From Podarcis muralis (Eukaryota): a DNA stretch of 64,000 bases. Shown here piece by piece: positions 1 to 12,476 of the stretch. Both the position numbers and the translations under genes were made by a program. The stretch spans positions 25,544,001 to 25,608,000 of the forward strand of contig NC_135666.1 of assembly GCF_964188315.1 (NCBI RefSeq). Direction: 5' to 3'. Below the pieces are notes generated by a model. It had not been told where the DNA came from. It worked only from the letters and a program-made list of their open reading frames with translations, and made no database searches. Each line of letters opens with the position of its first letter. Position 1 is the first letter of the stretch.

Positions 1-883
1 TGTTATCAGTTTTGTCTCTTTTTATTTGGGAAAAGCTATTTATTTTTTGAATATTGGTCTTGCAAAATTACTTCTCTAGCATGTTCCAAGGAATAGCTCT
101 AAATGAGTTTGAAGTGTGTCCAGATGGGCTTTTGGTTCCATTTCATAGTGCCCTGAAGACACATGGGCCCACTTAAACTGGAAGGAAATCTGAGTAGTGA
201 TATTTTGTGCATGTTAACCATAGAAAACTCTGGTTTTGATTTTCTATTCATGGCTGACCTTCGAAAAACAGAATATAATTTTGATACAGGAAAAATACAG
301 TTTACCTAGCATGCAGGGTTCAGATTAGTTCCTGATGTACACATATGACAAAGCCAATTTGTTCAAGAATGAATAAGTCAGCCAAGTTGTTGCTGGTGAA
401 ACTTTGAGATGCAGAGGATCCGATTTTTAATCCCCCCCCTCCCTTGCTCACAAGAAGACTTGGCCAATGTGTCTTAAGGAAATAGGGTCTATAAGTATGT
501 GCAGAATCCTATATAATCGCTATATAATCCCTGCTCAGAACCATCAACTATTCTCTACAAACCCTTGGATGAGAAAGAACAACGTCTGTATAAAGGCAAA
601 CGTATGATTTAAGACAAAATTGCGGATCAGCATCTTTCATTTAGCAATTAAGCCAGAACCCATCGCATGTGCTTTCAAAGTCATGCATTTTGCAAGGAAT
701 GCATACACACCCATGGACAAAAAATTAAAAATACATCCAGAACCTTTAAAATGGCAAGGAGCTTCCTTTGGGTTTCATGCAGTTAAAAAGCAAAATAAAC
801 ACTGAACCTCCCCCCCAACCCCCCCCCCAAATGATGCATTTCCTTAAAATTGAAAGAATTCTGAACAATGCATTTCTATAGAT

Positions 884-1038
884 TAGAATTATAGAATCAT
901 AGAATTGGATGGGACTTCGAGAGCCATCTAGTTCAACCCCTTGCAAGGCAGGAAACCTGCCCACAGCCATCCCAGGTTGGGCTCGAATCACCAAGCTGCT
1001 GGTTAACGTCCAGATGCCCTGACCCATTACGCCACATG
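884..1038 (-). mobile_element. tRNA-derived SINE with CR1-like tail (Squam3/ACASINE2-like), degenerate
   Basis: tagaatcatagaattgg...catctagttcaacccc tail motif; reverse-strand box-B-like gattcgagccc. Confidence 0.5.
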
Positions 1039-1192
1039 ATCCACAAGCCAACGTGTTAATTGACTTACAAATGCCAGTGTGTCAAGCAAGCTGGTTCATC
1101 TCAGTTGAAGAGCACGTCCTTCCAGGTGTGTAGAGTGGTAAACTGATGCCTTAAACCCTGCATTATAGCACATAGGGTGAACAGGGTACCAT

Positions 1193-1305
1193 GGGTGGTA
1201 TTCAGCTAATTCAGAGTAGACCCAGTGGAACTGACAACCATGACTAAGTTAGGTTTATTAATTTCAGTGGGTCTACACTTAGTAAAACTAAGTTGGATAC
1301 CACCC
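1193..1305. mobile_element. Old palindromic MITE-like repeat
   Basis: Termini gggtggtattcagct / agttggataccaccc (13/15 inverted match); inner agtagacccagtggaa / ttcagtgggtctacact; related copy near 58580-58690. Confidence 0.55.
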
Positions 1306-1611
1306 ACGGAAAGGATAGGATATAGAAGTAGACAGTATAACAGGATAGCCGCAATTTGTAAAAATGTGATGAGGCTCACTGATAACCTTTCCCATATGCA
1401 TTACACTGCAAATGGACTGGATCCCATTTTATACAGAATATTTTGGAGCCCTTAAATACCATTAGCATTTTACTGACCCTTGTAAGAGGAAAAGTGTGGA
1501 ATCACTGTGAGATAATTGCTTGATGCAGTACATTCATTTCCCTTTGTATTCTATATTTTATCCCATGCACTGTTATGTCAATTAATGTGCCCACATTGCT
1601 GTTGAAAACAG

Positions 1612-1817
1612 AGATTTTCAGATGGAAGCAAGTGACGACTGCAACAAGGACTACCTAGAAATTAGAGAAGGCAATTTCAGTGGCCAGCTGGTGGGACGAT
1701 TCTGTGGCGACTCTGTGATGGAGAATTATACGTCTATCACTGGGCACGGCCTGTGGGTTATATTTGTCTCAGATGCCTCAGGTGATGGAAGGGGCTTCCA
1801 GGCCACATTTGCTCACA
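1612..1817 (+). CDS. CUBN: CUBN exon (~ex37), CUB12 C-half, 206 nt
   Basis: aaacag|A GAT TTT CAG ATG... DFQMEASDDCNKDYLEIREGN...GFQATFAH; donor cac a|gtaagt. Confidence 0.93.
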
Positions 1818-2030
1818 GTAAGTAAATACTGAACTCAAACGGAAGCAAACACTTTACAGATCATTTGCAAGCAAGGAAAGAAAGATATGTGTAGACATAC
1901 ACCTTGATAATATTACTGTGTTTTCACTTCTGGAGTGTGCCAACCAACAATATGTAGCATCATGTAACTTCCTTAACTTTGTGATAGCTTAGTTCACACA
2001 CAGACACACCTGTTGTGGGTGGGATATAAG

Positions 2031-2230
2031 TTGTTGTTGTTGTTTAGTCGTGTCCGACTCTTCGTGACCCCATGCACCAGAGCACGCCAGGCACTCCTGT
2101 CTTCCACTGCCTCCCGCAGTTTGGTCAAACTCATGCTGGTAGCTTCGATAACACTGTCCAACCATCTCATCCTCTGTCATCCCCTTCTCCTTGTGCCCTC
2201 AATCTTTCCCAACATCAGGGTCTTTTCCAA
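2031..2230 (-). mobile_element. RTE-BovB LINE 3' fragment
   Basis: (TTG)n tail followed by sequence reverse-complementary to 41930-42113; possible TSD atataag at 2024-2030 and 2237-2243. Confidence 0.85.
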
Positions 2231-3057
2231 CATCATATATAAGTACTGAAGATAAATACATCCCCTGGGCACATGTAAATTCAAAAATCCATAAAATATG
2301 AAGAGGCAATGTCAAAGTTACATCAAATAAGAGCATGTGATTTGCCATTGGATACATTCTTAATCAGAGACCCTTGGTGTCTGTGGTAGAGGTGGCAGGA
2401 ATGCACTGGCAACGTGGAAGGGGGGAAATACCATACAAAATTCAGAAAGTGAAAAATGGTGGATTACTAGTACACTGACTCAACACTAAAAACAAGACTA
2501 CATCTGCTGAAATCCCCCTTTCCATACAACTATTAAATGTGCAGGAGCCATGTCCTCTTTTGTATCAGGACATTCTGATACAGCTCAGGGTCCCTCTTCA
2601 CTCAGGTAGGAGTGGACAGCGTAGTGGGACTTCACCACTCACCTGGCCTCCCTCGGGCTGAGTCGCTGCTGCATACTGGGAAGGAGAGCAGCGGCAAGGT
2701 TGGCCCAGTGCAAACATGCTGGCAGGATTTCCCTTCTGCACTGTGCCAACCTCACCATCACCTGCCCTCACCCCCTTCTCCATCCTGCCGTTCAGTAGTA
2801 GCTCTCCTAGAGGGAGGTCAGGTGAGCTGTGCAGCCCCAACACATTGTCCATGATGGTACCCACATGCTTAAATTTGGTTTAAGTTAAAATAACAAAGTC
2901 TTGCAAGGGGAAATGAAACTTAAGGGGAAATTGGAGGCAGTATTTGGGGGTGGAGAGGGTCTCAAAGAAAATCTCCCCTCTTTTACCTACATAGCAAAAT
3001 CATTCAACAGAACATTAACAACGACAACAATAATAATAGCCACCTCTCATTTTTCAG

Positions 3058-3239
3058 TGTTTGGAAATACTATGGTGGGAAGCAGTGGACAAATTGCATC
3101 TCCACTGTGGCCTAGAAATTACCCTCACTTCTCCAACTATCAGTGGACAATATCTGGCAACACAACACAAGTGGTCCATGGTCAGATCACACAGATGGAT
3201 ATTGAAGATACGTATAGCTGCTACTTTGACAAGCTGAAG
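3058..3239 (+). CDS. CUBN: CUBN exon (~ex38), CUB13 N-half, 182 nt
   Basis: ttttcag|TG TTT GGA...GQIASPLWPRNYPHFSNYQW...CYFDKLK|gtgggc. Confidence 0.93.
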
Positions 3240-3399
3240 GTGGGCTTGAACTTGCAAACTTTTTTATTTTGGTAAACTCTGGTACAAATAAGTCACAAAG
3301 CAAAGGGAGCTGTCAGATGATTATATCTCAACTTAAAATGAGCTGAGGCATGAAACTGTCTTTTGGCCGCACATGCAACCACTTCGATCCTCCCACCGT

Positions 3400-3505
3400 A
3401 AGAGCGTAAGAAGACCCCTGCTGGATCAGGCCAAAGGCCTATCTAGTCCAGCATCCAGTTCTTACAGTGGCCAACCAGATGCCTGCGGGAGACCCACAAG
3501 GAGGA
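3400..3505 (-). mobile_element. CR1-type 3' tail fragment
   Basis: taagaagacccctgctggatcaggccaaaggcctatctagtccagcatcc...cagtggccaaccagatgcc; related copies at ~40015-40065 and ~55470-55560. Confidence 0.6.
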
Positions 3506-3716
3506 CCTTTCTGGCAGAAGCAAACAGGAAGTATTTGCCGCCACAAAAAGTGGGGAGTATTTGGGGGGGGGATTCTGAAAAGTGGCCTTCTTTTTCCTCA
3601 GGGGGTGAGAAGGAGAACTGTCAGAAATTTGCTCAGAAAAGTGTATCTTGAGGAATGTTGACTCTGCATCTAAAAACCCCCAACAGTGTTACTAATCTTT
3701 ATTCTCACTGTTGCAG

Positions 3717-3909
3717 GTATATGATGGGCCCAACACACTCTCTCGTCTCATAGGAACGTACTGTGGTGTAGCCCCATTTTCTTTCACCTCCTCTGGAAGC
3801 TCTGTTACTCTCCAGTTCACCTCTGATTTTTCTGTAAATGGAAAGGGCTTCCTTTTGGACTGGAATATGGTGGAAGCACCTACAGCTGTGGGACGTGCCA
3901 TTCCTATAG
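3717..3909 (+). CDS. CUBN: CUBN exon (~ex39), CUB13 C-half plus linker, 193 nt
   Basis: ttgcag|VYDGPNTLSRLIGTYCG...GKGFLLDW...AIPI G|gttggt. Confidence 0.93.
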
Positions 3910-4826
3910 GTTGGTCTCCTGCCCATGTGGCTAACCTTTTCGTTTCAGCGACCGAGGAAAAGGCAGATAATGAAAGTGTCTGCATGGTGGAATGCTATCA
4001 TCCAGTGGTAGTCACCCTTTTTTCAGGCATGTTTTTAAGCCAAGTGAAACATTTGAGAGCATACCTTTCTAGTGTGCGTGCCAGTACACATGCCAGCTTA
4101 GTGTTGCCTTGGCTTTTCTATACAGAATCAAAGAGCCGGTGATAGCACAGGACAGAGAGGCAGGAGGACAGGCTTGACTCTGCAACACAGTTAAGCCCAT
4201 AGACCTCTGCTCTTATCCTAAGAAATCACAACCCCACCAACTTTTCCACCTGCAACATTTGTCTTGAAGATTAGCTACCTATTGTATAGCAAACCTTTTG
4301 TTCAATACGAGGTGGTTTTAGCAGTAAGAGGGATTGCATTAATTGTCAGGTAGATGCGACAGTTCAGTTACATTATATTTGCAACAAGATTCAATGGTAG
4401 TCACTGCCTTAGATTCCTTTAAAAGCAGATTAGACAAATTCATAGAGGATAAAAGGCTACACTGCACCTCAGTGTCAGAATGCAAGGCCAGTTGTTGAGG
4501 AGCAACAGAGGCCCCGTTCACGTATTAAAATAATCAAGGGAGGCCCTGCTTTTGTATCAAGAAGACATTAGGTGGGCCCAATGCATGCATGCACATGTTG
4601 TACACACATTTACACATACTCTAGCAGGGATAGGGCACCAGTGGACCCCAATTCCCTTCAGTCCCAGCCAACATGGCCAACGATCAGGGAGGATGGGAGC
4701 TGTAATCTAGCAATCTAGAGGGCTACAGTACATAGAAACAAACACGGAAGAGAAAGAAATAGTGTTGTCACTAAACAGGATGAAAAATTAATTTATTTTT
4801 ACTCATGATTTTCTCTTTCATGACAG

Positions 4827-5024
4827 GAGCCTGTGGAGGTTTCTCAAGAACCAGTGAAACGCCTTCATTTCTGTTTTCACCAGACTGGCCTTCAAACTAC
4901 AGAAATTTTGCCGATTGTACATGGGTTATCAGAGCTCCAGACTCAACAGTGGAGATCAACATCCTATCCTTGGATATTGAGTCTCATCGCTCATGCAACT
5001 ATGATAAACTTGTCCTGAGAGATG
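4827..5024 (+). CDS. CUBN: CUBN exon (~ex40), CUB14 N-half, 198 nt
   Basis: tgacag|[10 protein letters not shown]...[10 protein letters not shown]...[11 protein letters not shown]|gtgaga. Confidence 0.95.
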
Positions 5025-5227
5025 GTGAGAAACATTGGCACCTTTCCATAGCTGCGGACCACAAATGGAAATCCTGGTTTATGCAGTTTGCAATTCTCAT
5101 GCTTGCCAAATTCCCGTGTCTACATGTCTTCCCCTATTGTGTTAGACTCATGGTGAATTGGGGCTCATCCCTCTGATAAGTGACTCTCACAGATTTCTGC
5201 CATCAGATAGGGCTATCCAATGGAGCA

Positions 5228-5444
5228 GAGCTGCAGCAATAGCCTCCTAGCAGCAGTGTCATTTCTGCTTACTAGGAGGAGGGTGAGGAGAAGGCAAGGC
5301 CCAGGGCCGTATGGGTGCAGCACCAGGAGTGTTAGATTGGCTCTGCTGGTGCACCCACATAGCCTCAACCTCGCCACCACTTCACCCCCCCTTCTTCCAT
5401 TAAGTAGCCGTGGTGATGCTGCCAGGAGGCTATTGTTGCAGCTC
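5228..5444. mobile_element. Foldback (hairpin) element, old MITE-like
   Basis: gagctgcagcaatagcctcctagcagca pairs with tgctgccaggaggctattgttgcagctc; inner arm tatgggtgcagcaccag pairs with ctggtgcacccacata. Confidence 0.6.
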
Positions 5445-5827
5445 CATACCACTGCATTTTAAAATGCCACACAGAAGTATTTCCAAAGGCCACCATGCAC
5501 CTGCCACAAAGTCTGAACAGAGAGACAAACCATGAGCCTAGGTTCTGACACAACACTAAGCCAAACCATGGCTTAGCTCTGATTAGCACCGCAGCAGGAA
5601 AGCATGGCGAGGAAAAGGTTACCCATGGTTTTTATTGTGAGTACTCATGGACTCCCACTGTCATGGTTTGGCTTAGTGTTGCATGCAAACCAGTCCATCT
5701 TCTGGCTACCAATGAAATGGTGAACAGAGAACTTCCAGCTCTAACATTGCCTCTCCAAATAAAACATGGCTGTTTCTTTCACAAGTAATGGAAGTATGGA
5801 AACACAATTTTCCATTTCTTTTCATAG

Positions 5828-5974
5828 GAGACAACAGCCTTGCACCAGTCCTGGCCACTCTATGTGGTCGTGAAGTTCCTGGACCAATAAGATCCACTGG
5901 GAATGCTTTGTACATCCGCTTCACTTCAGATGCAAGTATTACCGGTGCTGGGTTTAATGCTTCTTACCACAAAA
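5828..5974 (+). CDS. CUBN: CUBN exon (~ex41), CUB14 C-half, 147 nt
   Basis: ttcatag|[26 protein letters not shown]...[18 protein letters not shown]|gtaagt. Confidence 0.95.
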
Positions 5975-6409
5975 GTAAGTTGTCATTTAAAACTGTTCTT
6001 TGAGTGCATTTGCAGATTTAAGGGGGGTGAGACTGGAAGGAAGTGATTATAGAATCTCTTTATTTTTTGTACTGTTGCCTGTCCTGTTCAGTAACAATCC
6101 TCTGCACACAAACATAAATGTTGTGAATCCCACGGGTGCATGTTTTTTGAGATGTAATCTTAAATTCACCCCATTTTCATGTGTAACTTCAAAACCACTG
6201 CACAATTATTGTTGTTGATATCTGCCTGGGTATCTGCCCAGAAATGCAGAGTAAGAAAACATTTCTCTGTTATGGTAAGATTTGCAAGCTGCCTTTGTAC
6301 TGCTGTGGGTTCTTTAAAAAAGGGGGGGGTGAATTGCATTCCACAAAACGGTGCAACTGTTTTTATGTAGTTTTAAAAAACTGTAAGTCCCTACAAATGC
6401 AAAAAGAAA

Positions 6410-6465
6410 GGAAGGAAGGAAGGAAGGAAGGAAGGAAGGAAGGAAGGAAGGAAGGAAGGAAGGAA
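6410..6465 (+). repeat. (GGAA)14 microsatellite
   Basis: Read directly. Confidence 0.95.
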
Positions 6466-7615
6466 GGGAAGGAACCCAGATGTATATGATAACAGGATTA
6501 GACTGCTGCAAGATGATTATTTTTTAATGTACCTCTGTCCTGGAGAAACAGAATACTGTAATCAAATTACAGAATATTAAAATGATACAAGAGGAGATGC
6601 CTAGTCCTTCATACATTTCCAAACATTTACAGTTGCTTCAGAAGAAGTTGCCGCTTCCCCTGTCAAGGAAATAGCACCACAGTTATTGTAGGTTTGGCAT
6701 TTCAGCAGCAAACTGGAGTGAGAGAGATAGGTTTGGTTGCAAGTAGCCAGTGAATCATGAAACAAACTTTTGCTGAAGCACCGAGTGCCACATGTTACAC
6801 ATCATATCTGGCACTGGAGAAAATTAGTTCTCAATTTTTTGTATTGCAAGATATATTAGTGACAAATTTGATTGTGGAAAAGGCACAACAGCAGCAATCC
6901 TATACATGCTACCTGGAAGTAAGAGCCTCATTGGCCACAATGGGACTTAACTTCAAGTAAGCATGAAGCAACAGGAAAAGGTGCCAAATTCAAAAAGTGC
7001 TGAACCACAGCCAGAAAGCAGGAATTTGGAGCACATTTCTGAAGTGCTCTGAATTATTCCTTTACACTTGTAGCCCCAGGGTGAATTCAAGCCACAAGTG
7101 CAAATGATGATTTTTTTTGCAACCTCAAATTGAGTTAAGGTCAGAGCTGCAAAGGAAGCATTGGGAGTTCACCAAGAGTGCACATCCCAATTCTGTCTTT
7201 GAAAACTTCAGGTTCAATGTAGACTCACCTGACATTGTATGACATTAGGTGACTGACAGGTGGGCAGCCACACTCACCTGTCAAGGTGGCCCATGGAGAA
7301 AGATGCCATTCGGGATCTGTCCTGCCAGCTGGATCCCGTTCCCTGCCTCTGTAATTAAAGCGACTGGCATAATCTGTAGATCTAGTAGGAGATCTCCTAC
7401 AAATGAATTAATTGAGCCTGAAAACATGTATGTTAAGAGTTTAGCCCTGGCTCAAAATATGCACTGCTTTGTGGGGGGGGGTGTGATTCTATAAGAGCTA
7501 GAAGCACCAAACTGATAAATCTGAGATTTCAGAGATTTGGACAGGATAGGAATGAAATATAATAAAAAAAATTAAACAGTCCTTTCCTTAACGGAGTCTT
7601 ATTCCTTTAACTTAG

Positions 7616-7806
7616 GTTGCGGTGGTTATTTGTACACAGACAGTGGTGTGATCACTTCACCCAACTATCCGCAAACCTATCCTCCTAACCTGAATTGTTC
7701 TTGGCATGTTATGGTTACTGTTGGCTTCATCATTGGCATCCATTCTGAGGAGCTGTTCCAGGTGATAAATGAAGATGCTGCCTGCAGTCATGGAGATTAT
7801 GTTGAG
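7616..7806 (+). CDS. CUBN: CUBN exon (~ex42), CUB15 N-half, 191 nt
   Basis: cttag|GT CGGYLYTDSGVITSPNYPQTYPPNLNCSW...GDYVE|gtgagg. Confidence 0.95.
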
Positions 7807-8443
7807 GTGAGGACAAGAGGAAAGCAATATTTGTTTCTGCGCATCAGTTTACAGTGTGGTGGTTCTATCCAATAAAGTCATCCCGTTAGAGCAAAGGCCT
7901 TCTTCTTCCTTCCCCACATGAACCCCTCCAATCTGTCACAGGTTTTCCTCAACCCCAGAACAGATTAGGGTGCACATAGAAAAGGTAGGAAGAGGAAACT
8001 CTGTTACACAGGCAGAAGTTCATGTGCTAAAGGGATGAATTTACTGGATAAAATCATAGGTTATTGTCTTTAAAGCCTAAACTGGCTTGGGTCCAGAATA
8101 CCTCAGGGACCAGTAACCAGCTTGCTTACTTCTTACTGGGTCCTTGCTAGCCCTGAGTTCCCATCATAAAACAGTAGCATTTCCCTTTTTCATTTTCTGG
8201 GTTGAGATACAAAACCTATAGTGGGTTTATTGACTTTCTGACATGTTAAAAGGTTTTAGGCCTGAAGCAGCTGAGTTAAAATCCCAATTCTTCCCTGGAT
8301 TAATTGAATAGCCTTTGGCACATAACTGTGTATCTGTCCATTTCAATTCCACAACTTTGAAATGGGAAGTAATAGCTTGTTCTCATAGATTTGTTGTGAA
8401 AATGAAATAAATCATCTTGCACATGTAATATTTGTTTTTTTAG

Positions 8444-8627
8444 CTTAGGAATGGACCAGATCTTTCTGCCCCACCGTTAGGACCTAGCAGCAGGAATGGA
8501 CGCTTTTGTGGTAGCAATTCCCTTTCTACAATGTACACCACAGACAACCAGCTATTTGTCCACTTCCTTTCTGATAGCAATAATGGAGGGCAAGGTTTCA
8601 AACTGAAGTACGAGGCAAAGGGTCTTG
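8444..8627 (+). CDS. CUBN: CUBN exon (~ex43), CUB15 C-half, 184 nt (absent from the ORF track)
   Basis: ttttag|[24 protein letters not shown]...[21 protein letters not shown]|gtgagt. Confidence 0.94.
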
Positions 8628-9000
8628 GTGAGTATTGGCACTAAATACAAACAGGGGCTGCTGAAACATTCATGATACTTTAAATCAGTGGTTCTCAAAT
8701 GATGTCAGGATCCATGATTGACAGGAACATTAAATGGTTAAGAAGTGCCCAACTGGCTCAGACCATACCTCCATCTGGACCACCATCCTTCTTACCATAA
8801 TGACCAACCAGATGGCTCAGGAAAGCCTACAAGCAAGGCAGGAAACCAATGGCTCTCTGGTAGTCTGTGACATAGTGCCTCCAAACTTGGAGAGCCCATT
8901 TAGTTGATAGCTGTTGATATACTCCAAAAATTCAGCATGGCTTCAGTGCTGGGGTCCTTGCTTGAGTGGAGGAGCACCAACTTGGTCAAAATACGTCCCT

Positions 9001-9549
9001 AAGAAACCGGCAGAGAGGGACTGAGAGAGATTTAAGGGCCTCAGACGTGAGGTTGCCAGGCTGATGGTAGATGGACTAATGGACAATGGTCCGGGGATCG
9101 AAACCGGGGAAGGGAGGGTGGGGTTTGGAAATCCAAAGGGTGTCTGATTTTTTTTATTCTTTTTGTGTGTGTGTGTGTTGTTATTAGTATAAAAATGGGG
9201 AATTCGTGGAAGGGAAACTGGGTCGACCTTAGAAAAAGTTTTTAAGCATAAATGATTGATGTATATAAGCTAAAAGTTGATATATAAATTGAATTAAATA
9301 TAATAACAAATTAAGGTTAAAGATTTAGGGATAAGAACTTGTTGGATAAATATTTGGACATGGAATACAAGAAGGGGAGGCGAGGGGAAGTTGTGGAAAA
9401 AAGTTATTGAAAATTTGGATTGTAAAGGTTGAATTTTTTTCTTTTCTTTTCTTTTTTTCTTTTTCTTTTTCTTTTTCTTTTTCCTTTTTGCTTTTTGTAT
9501 TATTTGAAACTCTAATAAATATTATTTTTAAAAACAAAAAACAAAAAAC
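9001..9549 (+). mobile_element. 5'-truncated L1-type LINE 3' end with poly(A)-like tail
   Basis: T-rich 3' UTR, AATAAA at 9514-9519, A-rich tail. 13-bp TSD aaaatac(g/a)tccct at 8988-9000 and 9550-9562 with one CpG-type mismatch. TC|AAAA target resembles the L1 endonuclease site. Confidence 0.8.
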
Positions 9550-10321
9550 AAAATACATCCCTGGACCTCATTTGCACATTACCTTTTCTAATACTCCTGG
9601 TGAAGGACCACACTGGCATATTTCTCAGTTGGTGTTTTATGAATCCCTGTAGGGAAACAGCTACAAAGTCTCTATGGCATATGAGGAGAAACTTGCCTCC
9701 TTTACATATTACCCAGTTTAAGGGGCATTATGGGCTGACTGGAAAGCAGGGCCATGCCGCTGGTCTTGCCCCTAAGCATTGGGCATGTCACTGGCCCCAC
9801 CCTCTGGACGTCAGTGTGTTGGTGTAGATATCTGCAGGGAGGAAGCTAGGCATGAACATCTGCATGGATGTGAACTTCCACGCAGCTGAGACTCCCAACC
9901 ATGCAGGTGTCACAACTGCATAGAAACCAATGCACAAACAGCTGCTCTCAGGCAGGTCTTCCTCTCTGCATATATCATTGCATGTGCATCCAAGGAACAG
10001 GGACAGTGGAATGGCCCCATGCTGTGATCATTGCATGAAGTCCCCTCCATGAGGATAACTCATGAAGAGAGCATCTGTGTGTTAATTTTGAAAGGAAGGG
10101 CAGAACTGGTAAAACCAAAGCTATAAACGATTCCATGTCGGAACTTCCACACGCACATAGAAAAACCACAACAGAAGAAAGTATTGTGTATTGTCCTTGT
10201 GATATCAGAAAATTAAGGTGGGTCTCATAGATATTCCATTTTAGTGTGTTTATAATAGAAGACATTATTATACACATTCCTTATAGTATTCAACCAGCTC
10301 CTCCTCATCTTCTGTTTCCAG

Positions 10322-10496
10322 CTTGTGGAGGGAACTTCTATATCAGCCAGTCCAACCCCTCGGGATTTGTCTCTTCACCTGGCCACCCTGGCAATTACCC
10401 ACCACATGCCGAATGTGTGTGGACAATCATTGCTCCCTATGGGGCTGCAGTGGAGCTGCAGTTTGAAGATCACTTTGATATCCAGTCTTCACCCAA
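10322..10496 (+). CDS. CUBN: CUBN exon (~ex44), CUB16 N-half, 175 nt
   Basis: ttccag|CT CGGNFYISQSNPSGFVSSPGHPGNYPPHAECVW...FDIQSSP AA|gtagga. Confidence 0.94.
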
Positions 10497-11035
10497 GTAG
10501 GAGCACGTTGTTGTATTAGCTTTCTTTAAATTTTCTGAAGCTATCATGGAGGGTTTGGGGTTAATGTAATGGGGTTCTTGCTTTTATTTCTCTTCTAAAT
10601 CTAAAGACAGGAGTGACTGGCATGGTGGGGTGGTGTAGCAGAGCTCTCCTGGCACCAATGCTGCTGCCACTTATTGGGATGGTGCAGGGACTGGGCAGGG
10701 CAGTTGGGGGGGGGGCTGTGCAGGTTCACCAGTGGATCCATTTCAGCACCTCTGCTGGGCCACCACTTCACACCTGTGCACCATCCCAGTAAGCTATGGA
10801 AGCACTGATCTCAGGACATTGGCTCTATGGCACCGCAGTGGCTGCTATTGTCTAGCAGAAGTATGCTTGTAACATAATCAGTCTAGTGCTTACACTACAG
10901 TAAAACAAAGTGGTACCGCTGGCTTGGGGGGGAGGCCTTTTTGCAGCTGCAGGCTAACAGGGACCTTCCTCCAGAACATTCAGTCTGTTTCTCTGCTTGT
11001 CAAATGTCTCCCCATTAAAAATGGTGGGATATTCC

Positions 11036-11215
11036 CAGTGGCGTAGCATGGGGGGTGCAGGGGGGGCCGGCCGCACCGGGCGCAACATCTGGGGTTAGGG
11101 CAAATCCACAGGTTAGGGGGCGCAAATCCACGGGTTAGGGGGCGTAAATCCACGGGTTAGGGGGCGCAAATTACTTGCCTTGCCCCGGGTGCTGACAACC
11201 CACGCTACGCCACTG
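11036..11215. mobile_element. hAT-type MITE with an internal 22-bp tandem repeat
   Basis: TIR cagtggcgtagc / gctacgccactg; perfect 8-bp TSD gatattcc (11028-11035, 11216-11223). Confidence 0.9.
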
Positions 11216-12476
11216 GATATTCCAGTGATCCATGATGGGGAAGAGCTCTCATCCCAATCGACACTTTCTTCTGTCTCAAAATTGAATCATAGCTATTGGA
11301 GAAGGGAGGAGCCTGGGTGAGCTGGGTGAGGCCATAGGGTCACTGGGAGGAGGCAGGATGTCTGACAGCCAGGATGGGATCTCCTGAAACCTGCTAGGAA
11401 GGTAGAAAGACATGTAGGGAGGCAACTAGCAACCTGAGGAAGGGGCAAGTGCTAGCTTTGCTTTAGCTGAGCATTATGTTCTTCTTTAAGGGCTATATCA
11501 GAGCTTGAGAGTGTGTGACGCACCAGATATTTCTGAGCTGCAGCTTCCATCATCCTGGACCATTTGCCATACTGGCTGGGACAGATAGGAGATAGGAATC
11601 CAACAACAGGTTCCCCACCACTAACCTACATTCATTGCATCAGTGGAAGCATGACTGTGTCAGTTGTTTCACAGGCATATTTTACTTGCTATAAATTCTG
11701 CGTCTTTTGAAGGAAACAGCATTTATACCCCCATTTAGGGGGTATACTGTTAACGTTAAAATAAATGTGAAGAACCTTCTGGAGGAGAGGTTTCTAAGAA
11801 TCTTTATATTCTCAGTTTTGTTTGCCTTGTATATTTCATTAAGAAGAAAAAATATTAGTGCAGAAATGTTCTTTGTCTTACATTTCCCCACAGTCACTTC
11901 ATGCACCGAGTTCTTCCTTCCTTTCTTCCTTTCTCCATCTGCTGATACTCAGGGACAATTATATGCCCTAAAAGCATTCCCACTGAATTTATATGAGGAA
12001 AAAAATCATCCTTATGATATGGTCGATTTCATAGCCATATGTATCTGAAAATAGTCCCAATTACTCTTCCTGCAGTGATATTTAATTAAAAGACTTCAAA
12101 AATGCTTGATTGAGCTAATTGCATTCATAATTGGCACTTAATGAATCAGAACTAAGCATTCTAAATTCAGTTTTTTAACACAGTCCTCAAAAGCCATTTT
12201 TGATCATGCTTCAGACAGGAGGATAAAGTACTGCAGAGCAAACTCTCCATAATGATGTGACCTATTTAGATATTTCTTGCTCTATAATTGATTTATATCT
12301 CAGGTGACCCTAGGTACTATTGATTGTTAGGGTGTCTGTCTCTGTTTTTCCTGCCCTGCTCAGAATTGAGCTACCATGTCATTCACTGAAGGATGTTAGT
12401 TCCATGTTTCAGATACTTCCTGAAATGGTGCAAAGCAATTTTCACCAGTTTAAATGTATCTGTTGCCTTCTCTCAG

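Noticed and set aside
1-1611. An additional upstream CUBN exon (CUB12 N-half)
   Set aside because: No CGG...SPGYP-like coding segment with splice sites was found; it presumably lies upstream of the window.
4821-5830. NAGNAG alternative acceptors (cag|gag at 4826 and tag|gag at 5827)
   Set aside because: The distal triplet is GAG, the weakest acceptor class, and its use would change only one residue.
11090-11170. Interstitial telomeric array
   Set aside because: TTAGGG occurs once per 22-bp unit inside a MITE, not as tandem hexamers.
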